Positions 1-8,698 of a stretch of DNA of 63,828 nt are shown piece by piece. Under the pieces are notes generated by a model, which had not been told where the DNA came from, did no database searches, and saw only the letters and a list, made by a program, of their open reading frames with translations. The stretch is from positions 1-63,828 of the IMG/VR virus record IMGVR_UViG_3300025131_000032; one strand, written 5' to 3'. The translations under genes and the position numbers were made by a program. This stretch comes from a virus. Lineage: Duplodnaviria > Caudoviricetes. Each line of letters begins with the position of its first letter. Positions within the stretch are counted from its first letter, which is position 1.

Positions 1-22
1 ATCGGCCGCAATCTGACCACCG
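1..22. repeat. terminal overlap (copy 1), marks circular assembly
   Basis: ATCGGCCGCAATCTGACCACCG is identical to 63807-63828, and the reading frame is continuous across the join. Confidence 0.9.
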
Positions 23-1844
23 CTTCAATAAAATGGATCCAGATCCAATGGGAATTGCACCGCAGCAACCACCGTCGCGTCTGGATGGCGAGGTGTCAAT
101 GACGGCCAACCCTCCACCGTATCGGCCGCAATCTGTCTCCCGCTTCAATAAAATGGATCCAGATCCAATGGGAATTGCACCAGCCAGACCACCGTCGCGT
201 CTGGATGGCGAGGTGTCAATGACCGCCAACCCTCCACCGTATCGGCAGGGACAGGCTGAGCAGTGGGGGCAAGGCGGCGGCTTCTTTGGTGGCATCCCAC
301 GGGAAGCTCCCGCTGAGCAGATTGCACCGCAGCAACCACCGTCGCGTCTGGATGGCGAGGTGTCAATGACGGCCAACCCTCCACCGCATCGGCAGGGACA
401 GGCTGAGCAGTGGGGGCAAGGCGGCGGCTTCTTTGGTGGCATCCCACGGGAAGCTCCCAACGCTGAAATATTCTCTCAGACAGCTGGTGATTTGCAGGCA
501 GCTCACCCTATGGAGCAGCGTATCACCGGGCCTGATGGTCAACCTGGGCGAACAGTCGGAGAGGCGGTGGAAGCCTTTAATAGCCCCAGCCTGGAGAAGA
601 AGCCAATCGACTTCTCCGGCCAAGCGCCGACGCCAGAGATCCAGGCTAAGCGAGATCTTATTGCGGGTCGTCGCGCCCATATTGCGGCTCAGATGGATGA
701 GTCAGCCAAACTTGAACCCCAAGGCCCCTGGGAGTCGTCAGCGGGTCGAAACCGTGGCATGAATCGCTACCGATCTGGGTGGGAGCTACCGATCCCGAAA
801 GATGGCAAGGGCTATGACGGCAAGAGTCATCCTGGTGGTGTCTTGAAAATCCCCGGTAACGAAGCTCCCGTGTCACGAGAAGACCGCGGCGCAGCGTGGG
901 ACGTTAGCCCCGAACTGGAAGCAAAGGCCCAACAGATCAGGGATAGCATTGCCGCTAAACGTGCCCCAGCGGCACCGCAGCCTCCAGTCGAATTCGGTGG
1001 TGGCTCACAGGGGTTCCCGCAACCATCGTCGCCAAGTGATGCCCCCCCTCCGACTGATGCCCTAGCAGACAGCCCCTTCGGAGACGGGAAGAAGGACTGG
1101 AATGCAATCGGGCGAGGGAGATACCAAGAGCGACACGCCCGCCTTAAGGCCGCTCGTGAGGCTGCGTTTATGGGTAACTTCTCCCCAAAGGCTCAGCAGC
1201 GTAAGGATCGCCTGCGGATGCAGAAGATGGTCCAGGCCCTGCGCCGGAACGGGATTAACCCAATGATGGCGTTCCCGTCTCCAGACGCCATGCGGATGCA
1301 AGCTCAGAAGTACCGCACAGACGCGATCACTGAGCAGGGCAGGCTAGAGGCAGAGCGCAGGACAGGAGAGGCTGAAGCGAAACACCAATCCGCCATGGAC
1401 TTGCAAGCCGACAGGCACAAACATGACGCGGACATGCTCGAGAAAGCCGAAGGCTTGAAGCAAGGGAGGGATAGCCTTCCAGTCCCAAAAGCCGCCCCTT
1501 CAGAGCCAGAACCCACGGGTCTCGTCCCAGCAAGGGTGAATGAGACGCTGGGTGACTACTTCGAGGCTCAGTCAGCTGCGGGTGTTGAGCCTGATGTCAT
1601 CATGGATGGGTTGCGTTGGCGATTCCCCAACGCCTCGCCAGAAGAGATCGAAAAGGCGTATAGGGGGCTTGGGTCTCCCGGTGGAGGTAAGTGGCCATCT
1701 AAGGCTGCCGCTGCAGCCTCGTCGCACTTAGCGCCGAAGTTCACCCCGCTCCCAGCCGACGCCGATGATTGGATCAAGTCCAGAGGTCGAGCTGGAGCAA
1801 TCCACAGAGCTGCCACAGACGCCGATGATTGGGGGGGAATGTAA
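1..1844 (+). CDS. 3' part of the origin-spanning repeat-rich protein (putative internal virion/ejection protein)
   Basis: Pro/Gly/Gln-rich ORF at the end of the virion operon, abutting the 1269-aa gene. Confidence 0.7.
   Translation, partial: RPQSDHRFNKMDPDPMGIAPQQPPSRLDGEVSMTANPPPYRPQSVSRFNKMDPDPMGIAPARPPSRLDGEVSMTANPPPYRQGQAEQWGQGGGFFGGIPREAPAEQIAPQQPPSRLDGEVSMTANPPPHRQGQAEQWGQGGGFFGGIPREAPNAEIFSQTAGDLQAAHPMEQRITGPDGQPGRTVGEAVEAFNSPSLEKKPIDFSGQAPTPEIQAKRDLIAGRRAHIAAQMDESAKLEPQGPWESSAGRNRGMNRYRSGWELPIPKDGKGYDGKSHPGGVLKIPGNEAPVSREDRGAAWDVSPELEAKAQQIRDSIAAKRAPAAPQPPVEFGGGSQGFPQPSSPSDAPPPTDALADSPFGDGKKDWNAIGRGRYQERHARLKAAREAAFMGNFSPKAQQRKDRLRMQKMVQALRRNGINPMMAFPSPDAMRMQAQKYRTDAITEQGRLEAERRTGEAEAKHQSAMDLQADRHKHDADMLEKAEGLKQGRDSLPVPKAAPSEPEPTGLVPARVNETLGDYFEAQSAAGVEPDVIMDGLRWRFPNASPEEIEKAYRGLGSPGGGKWPSKAAAAASSHLAPKFTPLPADADDWIKSRGRAGAIHRAATDADDWGGM
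20..459 (+). repeat. coding tandem repeats with 120-bp and 147-bp periods (PPSRLDGEVSMTANPPP core)
   Basis: the core occurs four times here and once more near 63755-63805; QGQAEQWGQGGGFFGGIPREAP occurs twice. Confidence 0.9.
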
Positions 1845-4800
1845 ATGGCCCTTAACCCGTATGTTGCCGCGGCTATTCGCAGCCAGCGGTCTCAGCAGCC
1901 CACGATGGACCCAGCACAGCGGCAGTCGATCATGTCGCGCGGGCTCAACATGGCTCTCACGCCGATCGCTGCGGTGGGCAACACCCTCGACCTTGCTAGG
2001 ACTTCAGGTAATGACCTGATTATGTCTGGGTTAACTGGAAAGTGGCATAATCCGTTCGATCAGTGGCTAACTCCATTTTCGCCCGAGAACCGAGTTGAGG
2101 GGCGTGATATCAACCGGCAGTTGGGCTGGGCTGGCCCAGAGGATAATTGGTCCAACTTCATAGGCGGGATCGCAACCGAGATTGTGACCGATCCACTGTC
2201 GTATTTATCGCTCGGCGGGACAAAGGCCCTGTCGCTGATGGGTAAAGCGGCGGAGAAGGCTGGTCTAGGCGCCCGCCACGCCCTCAAGGCGCAAGCAGCT
2301 AAGTCCGCTGGGAAGATCGGTGGCGAGAGCTTAACTGGCCTGCAGAAGCTAATGCCATCGTGGGGTCGAGGCAAGCGGGCGGCCATGGCTAAAACCTCAG
2401 TCCGAGACCTATGGGAGCACGGGGATGATTTCACTCGCAATCAGCTGCGGGAGAGCGTAGACCCTAATGTCTGGGACGCGATGGTGTCACTAGATAAGGG
2501 GGAAGCCAATAAGTTCCTTGACATGCCTCTTGGCCATGGTCCCTCCCTGACAACACCAATCGGCGGCGGATCGGCGCCATTTCTCTCTCAGGCTCAAAAC
2601 CAGGGATTCGCCAGCTTGATGGATGTTCCGGGCCAGCTCACTGGGAAACTGCCGGTGATCGGGCGAATGTCCCGTGGAATGGGCATGCTCTTTGATGACA
2701 GGGCGGGTAATCGCAGGGGAGAGGCAGCGCAGGGTCTTGCTCGAGGGGTGTCTGGGGAAGCGTTAGATCTGACTCCTGGCGCTCGGCATGCGGCTATTAA
2801 GATCCGCGGGCTATCACGGGAGTTTGAGGGTGAACTTCACGACGATGTGCTGAGGGAACTCGGCGCTGGCAATGGCTTAATGAGCCCTGACGGCCACTCA
2901 ATTGGCGACATCGTGGAAACCGTGGATGGTACACAGGCAACAGTGATGGGGTTTGACGTTGACGAAATACGCCTGCATGTAGCCAACCCAGCCAAGGGTA
3001 AGCAGCGGCATATCAACCAGCCCCATTTTACCGCCGGAGACGCCAAGCACGAGCTTAAGCAAGTTCACGAGTACGGGTCTAATGAGGCGGCGATGGGGCT
3101 GCGTAGCGTAACGAGGACAGTTGCCGGCAAGATCGCAAGATTCCGCTTAGAGAACCCAGAACTCGACATCAACAGGGCGTTCAAGGAGTTCCTGCCTAAG
3201 ACGAGTGCCGCCTCTAAGATCAGCCAAAGGGTGCAAGACATAGCTGAGGAAGCGGTCTCTAGCTTCGATAACCTCCAGTCTGATCTTGCCGAAATGGGCG
3301 GCAATATGGGGATGATCGACATAGAACGCCGTGGGTATGCCCCCCGTCGCGCCAACGTGGACGATGCAGGGTTTGAGAAATATGGCCCGCAGTCGAAGCT
3401 CACTAAGGATGTCAGGTTGCCTCGGAACACACCCACCAGTGCGGCCAGTGCGAAGAGCAGAACGGACGAGCTCCGCCACATGCCTGAGTTTGCTATCAAC
3501 CGCATCCTGTTATCTGAGAAGGACGCGCGATCTGCTGATTCGATCATGTCGGTGTATGGCGAGTTCCTTGATGACACATACGGCAAAGGCGAAATCCTTG
3601 AGGAGGCCACGAAAGAGGCTCGGCTCAAGCTCGACAAGTGGGAGCGGGCGGGGCGAGCGGTGGCAGGTGGAGATCCCGCGAAGTTGGCTCAGATCGACGA
3701 AATGATCGCCAAGCGTGGTGAAATCAACATCATCAGCCAAGGGTCTAAAGAGGAGCATGCTGAGGCACTAGCCAAGTGGGTGAAGGGCCGGAAGCGGAAA
3801 GAGCTTTACACGAATCACATGTACGACGACGCGATGGATTACCTCGTAAGTGGTACAGCGATGAAGGGGAACATCAACGCCATCCACCATCAGCTGATGA
3901 ATCGGATGTCTCACGTTGGCGACGACGTGGCCGATGCGCTCACGGTGAACCAGACGCTGATAAATGCCGGGATCAACCCAGACGCCGGGATTCGGTATCA
4001 AGCTAAACTGGCGGTTGGTGAGACGGAATGGAACAAGCTGAATGCCGCTGGGAATGAGGTAGCACTTGAGGAGCTTATTGACACCATGGGATCCCGCAGA
4101 GTGGACCCCAAGGTATCCCACGCGGTTTTGGAGTCGTTCAAGAAGGCCCAGACTCCAGAATGGTTTGACGCTGTTCAGGAGCTGATCGGCGGCATTACCC
4201 AGGTATTTAAGACTGGCGTGACGGCAATCGGTGGCTACCCTGGCTTCCAGTTCCGTAACCTTATTTCAGGGCAACACCTGAATATCTCAGCCAGCGGGCA
4301 GATCCACAACACACGCGATCTCGTGATGTACGGGTGGGAGGTGTGGCAAACTAAGAAGCTGATGGATCGCATGCGGGCGAATAAGCTCACTAACGCAGAC
4401 AAGGAGCTTCTCACCGAGCTTGAGGCCCAGGACTTCCTGCAGGCGAAGAAGACGATGCACGGCGAGCTAGGTGGCCACGACATGCCCTCAGAGGGGCTAC
4501 ATGTTGGGCCGAAGGGGCGTGAGATCTGGAAGTCATCGGCCAGGAAAGAGATTGGGCAGTCGGCTCGCCAAGCCGTGCAGCAGAACCCAATGGCAGCGGG
4601 GATTGTTGACGTTGATACCCTCTACCCCGGTGTGAAGCGAGGCATAAACAAGGCTAGGCAAGGTTGGGCTGCTGCTGCGGAGTTTGGTGGCGGGCTCAAT
4701 AATCGAGTGGAATGGGCTAACCGTGTACCCCTGTACACCTACCTAACAAGGAAAAAGGGTTGGTCGGCGCGAGCGGCTGCTGAGAAGGTAGTCGAGATGC

Positions 4801-5654
4801 AGTACGATTACGGTCGCATGACAGATTTCGAGCAGAAGGTCATGTCCAACCTTGTGCCGTTCTACAAGTTTAGTCGGCTCAATGCACCAAACATCTACCG
4901 GAATCTCCTGCATAAGCCTGGTGGTGGTGTAGCTCAGACGGTTCGCTTTTACAACAAGGGTCTCAAGGAGAATGACGAGCATGTGCGACCCCAGCGATTT
5001 GAAGGCAAGTTCGCGTTCCGGCAGGGTGGCGGCAAAACTAAGGTTGGCGGCGCGTTTGACCGCTACTTCGTTGGCTCTGGCTTAGCCCATGAAGACGCTC
5101 TGTCCCTCACTCCTTTCAGTGGCAGCCGGAACATGCTGTATTCGATGGCCAGTAGGGCGAGCCCGTTAATTCAAGCCCCAATCGAGCACATGACGGATCA
5201 GTCTCTCTTCCAGCGAGGTCGTCCTTACTCATCGCTCGATCCGACGATGGGTCGCACAATATCGAACATCTCTGGCATCGCAGGTCACCCCATGGAGGGT
5301 CCGTACAAAACCCCGCCGCTGCTAGAGAAGGCGATCGGTTACTCTCCGCTTAGCCGTTTAGCTGGTCGCGTCCGTACTCTAACGGATGCCAGGAAGGGAG
5401 TTACCGGCGACGATGGTTTCAAGTGGACCACCTGGGCTAAGCGCCAAGGCGTCAACCAACTGACCGGATTCAAGTTCACTGACGTGGACCAGAAAGAGCA
5501 GTTGCGGGAGCTCAATCGCCGCCTCGGAGAGCGTGAGAAGGAACTCGGCGCCCGCACATTCTCCCGAAGCTATGGCATGCCTCACTTTATGACCCCAGAG
5601 CAAATCGAGAAGTTCAATGAGCTTCAAGTTCTGCGGCGAGAGCTAGAACGCTAG
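1845..5654 (+). CDS. large internal virion / DNA-ejection-type protein
   Basis: 1269 aa, last gene of the structural operon; the C-terminal AAEKV..QYDY..MT.FE..VM..LVPFY segment resembles phage ejection/large polyvalent proteins (recalled). Confidence 0.55.
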   Translation: MALNPYVAAAIRSQRSQQPTMDPAQRQSIMSRGLNMALTPIAAVGNTLDLARTSGNDLIMSGLTGKWHNPFDQWLTPFSPENRVEGRDINRQLGWAGPEDNWSNFIGGIATEIVTDPLSYLSLGGTKALSLMGKAAEKAGLGARHALKAQAAKSAGKIGGESLTGLQKLMPSWGRGKRAAMAKTSVRDLWEHGDDFTRNQLRESVDPNVWDAMVSLDKGEANKFLDMPLGHGPSLTTPIGGGSAPFLSQAQNQGFASLMDVPGQLTGKLPVIGRMSRGMGMLFDDRAGNRRGEAAQGLARGVSGEALDLTPGARHAAIKIRGLSREFEGELHDDVLRELGAGNGLMSPDGHSIGDIVETVDGTQATVMGFDVDEIRLHVANPAKGKQRHINQPHFTAGDAKHELKQVHEYGSNEAAMGLRSVTRTVAGKIARFRLENPELDINRAFKEFLPKTSAASKISQRVQDIAEEAVSSFDNLQSDLAEMGGNMGMIDIERRGYAPRRANVDDAGFEKYGPQSKLTKDVRLPRNTPTSAASAKSRTDELRHMPEFAINRILLSEKDARSADSIMSVYGEFLDDTYGKGEILEEATKEARLKLDKWERAGRAVAGGDPAKLAQIDEMIAKRGEINIISQGSKEEHAEALAKWVKGRKRKELYTNHMYDDAMDYLVSGTAMKGNINAIHHQLMNRMSHVGDDVADALTVNQTLINAGINPDAGIRYQAKLAVGETEWNKLNAAGNEVALEELIDTMGSRRVDPKVSHAVLESFKKAQTPEWFDAVQELIGGITQVFKTGVTAIGGYPGFQFRNLISGQHLNISASGQIHNTRDLVMYGWEVWQTKKLMDRMRANKLTNADKELLTELEAQDFLQAKKTMHGELGGHDMPSEGLHVGPKGREIWKSSARKEIGQSARQAVQQNPMAAGIVDVDTLYPGVKRGINKARQGWAAAAEFGGGLNNRVEWANRVPLYTYLTRKKGWSARAAAEKVVEMQYDYGRMTDFEQKVMSNLVPFYKFSRLNAPNIYRNLLHKPGGGVAQTVRFYNKGLKENDEHVRPQRFEGKFAFRQGGGKTKVGGAFDRYFVGSGLAHEDALSLTPFSGSRNMLYSMASRASPLIQAPIEHMTDQSLFQRGRPYSSLDPTMGRTISNISGIAGHPMEGPYKTPPLLEKAIGYSPLSRLAGRVRTLTDARKGVTGDDGFKWTTWAKRQGVNQLTGFKFTDVDQKEQLRELNRRLGEREKELGARTFSRSYGMPHFMTPEQIEKFNELQVLRRELER

Positions 5655-5669
5655 ACTTTGCACCACCTA

Positions 5670-5698
5670 TTGCTATTATTTTGCAAGTCCGTTAGTAT
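5670..5698 (+). promoter_or_regulatory. sigma70-like promoter
   Basis: TTGCTA-N17-TAGTAT in an AT-rich gap ahead of a GGAGGT RBS and the first gene of the rightward accessory block. Confidence 0.5.
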
Positions 5699-5721
5699 TC
5701 ACTAATGGAAGGAGGTGAAGG

Positions 5722-6003
5722 ATGGCGGCAAAGGTTATCAAAACCCGCCCAAAAGCCAAGCTAGGCCGACCGGCCAAGTACCCCTGGAGCGACTGGCTTG
5801 ACGGTAAATGGCGAGAGGTAGACCCCTTGGAATACGATGTCTCAGCCGAAGGTCTGCGCACGTCAATTCATGCAGCTGGCCGGCGTTCCAACGTCAAGTC
5901 ATGCGTTACAATCTACACCACAAATAGCGGCACTCGCATGGTTGCATTTCGGTTCAATGGGGTGCGTGATGAAGATGCAAATCAGGCTGATGCGGCAGGA
6001 TGA
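5722..6003 (+). CDS. small putative DNA-binding protein (KYPW motif)
   Basis: strong RBS; GRPAKYPWSDWLDG; paralogous to 6668-6964. Confidence 0.6.
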   Translation: MAAKVIKTRPKAKLGRPAKYPWSDWLDGKWREVDPLEYDVSAEGLRTSIHAAGRRSNVKSCVTIYTTNSGTRMVAFRFNGVRDEDANQADAAG

Positions 6004-6442
6004 TGTGGACGCGGTGCTCGAACTAGAGAAGGCGTGTTTTCACGACATGCTTGATCGCGACGAGATCCAGACCGCCCTGAAGTCAGACCAGATTAAGACG
6101 ATCGTGGCGGTGGCTGGGCCTCATTTGGTGGGGTATACGGAAGTGGAGATGTTCCCGAAGGAGACTTTGCTCAACACGATTGCAGTGAGTTATCTGTTGC
6201 GCAGGAACGGCATCGGGTCGAAGTTGGTGAGGTTAATCACGGCTGATGCGGATCGGAAGGGTATTCCGGTTGTCACGTTGAGTGGTGAGGCGGATTTGCC
6301 GTATCAGCTATTCCTTAGATCGAGGGGGTTCCGTTGTGAAGAGATTCTCCATGGGGGGCCAGGAGGTTCCACCGAGTACCTGTTTGAATGGAGAAGCCGC
6401 CATGACAGTAGCAGCATGGAACGGGCCGAAGAGATGGATTAG
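5969..6442 (+). CDS. RimI-like GNAT acetyltransferase
   Basis: IRLMRQDDVDAVLELEKACF, acetyl-CoA motif RRNGIGSKL, QLFLRSRGF. Confidence 0.8.
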   Translation: MKMQIRLMRQDDVDAVLELEKACFHDMLDRDEIQTALKSDQIKTIVAVAGPHLVGYTEVEMFPKETLLNTIAVSYLLRRNGIGSKLVRLITADADRKGIPVVTLSGEADLPYQLFLRSRGFRCEEILHGGPGGSTEYLFEWRSRHDSSSMERAEEMD

Positions 6443-6626
6443 GATCCGGTCGAAGGGGCATGATTTCCTGCTTCGTTGGGGTGAGAACACTGACGAGGAG
6501 GCGGTGTACAAGGCGGCCTTGAATATGCCTGAGCCATTCGACTTTGCCGAGCAGATGTTCGTGTTCGGACGGTGGCAGGCATTGCGGGACGGGGACTGTT
6601 TCTCTGTTGGGGCGACCACGTTTTAG
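6402..6626 (+). CDS. hypothetical protein
   Basis: GGAG RBS; fills the gap in a co-oriented operon. Confidence 0.5.
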   Translation: MTVAAWNGPKRWIRIRSKGHDFLLRWGENTDEEAVYKAALNMPEPFDFAEQMFVFGRWQALRDGDCFSVGATTF

Positions 6627-6667
6627 TGCAAGGCTGAGTAAGCAACCAATCTGAAAGGAAGTGAAGT

Positions 6668-6964
6668 ATGCAGGCGAAAGTGCTGAAGAAGATGCCATCG
6701 CGGAAGATGAAGTACCCGTGGGCTGAGTGGACAGACGGACAGGCGCGGCAGGTTACGCTCGGGAAGAACGAGGTGTCTCCCGTGGCCTTCCGTAACTCGT
6801 TGTATAGCCGTGCCAGGAGGATCAACAGGGGTGTCACTGTGTCCATGGTTGGGCAGGTGGTGTCGTTCCAGTTTGAGGTGGATGAGGTTCTCGACCTTGC
6901 CGCTGAGATCATGGATGGGATAGATGCGGCTCGCTATCCAACGAGCACGGAGGCGCCAGAATGA
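6668..6964 (+). CDS. small putative DNA-binding protein (KYPW motif)
   Basis: RKMKYPWAEWTDG; paralogous to 5722-6003. Confidence 0.6.
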   Translation: MQAKVLKKMPSRKMKYPWAEWTDGQARQVTLGKNEVSPVAFRNSLYSRARRINRGVTVSMVGQVVSFQFEVDEVLDLAAEIMDGIDAARYPTSTEAPE

Positions 6965-7845
6965 CCATTCTCACCCAGATCCCCTTTGCGGACTACGTTG
7001 GTATGCCGCAGATCAACCCGTCGCTGCTTACCCATGCCTTCAAGAGCTGGAAACAGTTCCGGCATGTGCAGCTCAATGGGTTCCAGCCTAAGACGCCGAC
7101 CCGCGTTGGAACCCAACTACACTCCATGGTAGAGCTCCTGCCGCTAGAGAAGTTCCAAGACGAGTATGTGGTCATGCCTGACTACAAGACCTCGCCTGAC
7201 AATGTCACCGGCACAGGCAAGCCATCCACATCCCGCACCGGCTGGGTGAAGGACCAGGAAGCCGCGTTCAAGGATGCCAACGGTGGGGCAGAGGTTCTGG
7301 AGCTGTCTGAGCACAAGCGAGTGCGGCGGATGCTCAAATCGGTTCAGGAATGTCCCGATGCCCTAGACCTGATCGAGGGCTCTCAGAAAGAGATGAGCAT
7401 GACCGCAGAGATGTGCGGGATCCAGTGTAAGGGCCGCATGGATGGGATCAAGCCGGTTTCGAGTATCCTGTGGGATCTCAAGAGTACGGCCTCGATCCAG
7501 CCTCAAGCGTTTGGTCGCACGGCCACCAACCTTAACTACGTCTTCAAGATGGCGTTTTACACTCGGCTGATCGTTGCCAACGGTGGCGCGGTGGATCGCG
7601 TGTTCTTCATCGCGGTTCAGGATGCTCGGCCCCACAAGGACGGGGTGACCTGGAACGAGGCGCCGGATTGCACGGTTATCGAAGTTCCGATGATCGCCAT
7701 CGAGAACACGTTTTCAACCATCGATCGGCTGTTGTACGAACTCAAGGCGTGCCAGGACGAGAATGCTTGGCCTGGGGTAGCGTCTCACGAGCTGTACATT
7801 CCGAACTGGGCGATGCCAGAAGAGGATCTAGAACTCTGTGACTAA
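6961..7845 (+). CDS. RecE/exonuclease VIII-like PD-(D/E)XK nuclease (DUF3799-like)
   Basis: INPSLL, GTQLHSMVE, CKGRMDG, WDLKST, Y..KMAFY. Confidence 0.8.
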   Translation: MTILTQIPFADYVGMPQINPSLLTHAFKSWKQFRHVQLNGFQPKTPTRVGTQLHSMVELLPLEKFQDEYVVMPDYKTSPDNVTGTGKPSTSRTGWVKDQEAAFKDANGGAEVLELSEHKRVRRMLKSVQECPDALDLIEGSQKEMSMTAEMCGIQCKGRMDGIKPVSSILWDLKSTASIQPQAFGRTATNLNYVFKMAFYTRLIVANGGAVDRVFFIAVQDARPHKDGVTWNEAPDCTVIEVPMIAIENTFSTIDRLLYELKACQDENAWPGVASHELYIPNWAMPEEDLELCD

Positions 7846-8287
7846 CCACGAACCTGACCCAGACATCATCGATGACGGCAGCAAGTATTTGCATTCCTGG
7901 GACTTAGTTGCTGACGGCAAATACTGCGAGGGCACCTACACCATCAAGGCGGTAGGGCAGAAGGGGGCGATGAAGGATCATGCCGGGAAGCCTATTCCAG
8001 GCACTCCGCTCGCGTTCGAGGAGACTTACAAGGTGTTTGTCTTGAATGTCACTAACACTCGGTCGATCGTCAACATGTTTAAGACGAAATCACGGTCTCA
8101 GTGGGTCGGTCGAAAGGTGACGTTCTACGTTACGATTCTCGCGAAATGCATGGGTAAAGAGAACCATCCTGCCGTTCGTGTTCGTGTTCCAGCTGAGATA
8201 CTCAAGGCGAATGACATGAGTCCCAGGGCGAAGGCGAACCTGGGGCGTGATGCCACTGGATGTGCCGAGATAAAGGATCTGACATGA
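7838..8287 (+). CDS. conserved phage protein, putative ssDNA-binding/annealing partner of the exonuclease
   Basis: YL...DL, VLNVTN, W.GRKVTFY, AVRVR pattern; directly downstream of the RecE-like gene. Confidence 0.45.
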   Translation: MTNHEPDPDIIDDGSKYLHSWDLVADGKYCEGTYTIKAVGQKGAMKDHAGKPIPGTPLAFEETYKVFVLNVTNTRSIVNMFKTKSRSQWVGRKVTFYVTILAKCMGKENHPAVRVRVPAEILKANDMSPRAKANLGRDATGCAEIKDLT

Positions 8288-8442
8288 AATGCCCTGACAA
8301 CCTCTGCTGGCAGATTGGCGATCCGCGGCATAAGACCGCTCCGAGCAGCAAGTACAGGGGCAAGTTTGTGACATGGTGTACCGTCTGCGGGCGGTTGGTT
8401 GGGTATAGCCACTACGAGGAGAAGAAGGATGGCGGAAAGTGA
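8284..8442 (+). CDS. small Cys-rich protein
   Basis: ATGA overlap; CPDNLC and CTVCG. Confidence 0.5.
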   Translation: MKCPDNLCWQIGDPRHKTAPSSKYRGKFVTWCTVCGRLVGYSHYEEKKDGGK

Positions 8443-8698
8443 TTTCAAGAGGGACAACGATAACCTCCGGCCTAGAGACCTGAAGTTCCTCCAGATCCCC
8501 TACAACGCTGGGATCGACCATGTTAAGAAGGCTCTGAGGTGCATCACGGTCCCGCACCCCAATCCACAACTTGAGATCGCGCGGCCCAGGATTGAGCGGG
8601 ATCTCAAGCAGGCGCTGAAAGCGATGGAGGCAGCTAAGCCAGTTGCGATCGAGGACGGCAAGATCATCACGAAACTGGTCATGGACGGGAGGGAGTGA
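8429..8698 (+). CDS. hypothetical protein
   Basis: RBS; stop coupled to the helicase start. Confidence 0.55.
   Translation: MAESDFKRDNDNLRPRDLKFLQIPYNAGIDHVKKALRCITVPHPNPQLEIARPRIERDLKQALKAMEAAKPVAIEDGKIITKLVMDGRE

Noticed and set aside
1-22. biological terminal repeat or att core
   Set aside because: It lies inside a coding repeat and its length fits an assembly k-mer overlap.
20-459. CRISPR-like array at the window start
   Set aside because: The periods are multiples of three inside an open frame and the linkers themselves repeat, so this is a protein repeat.
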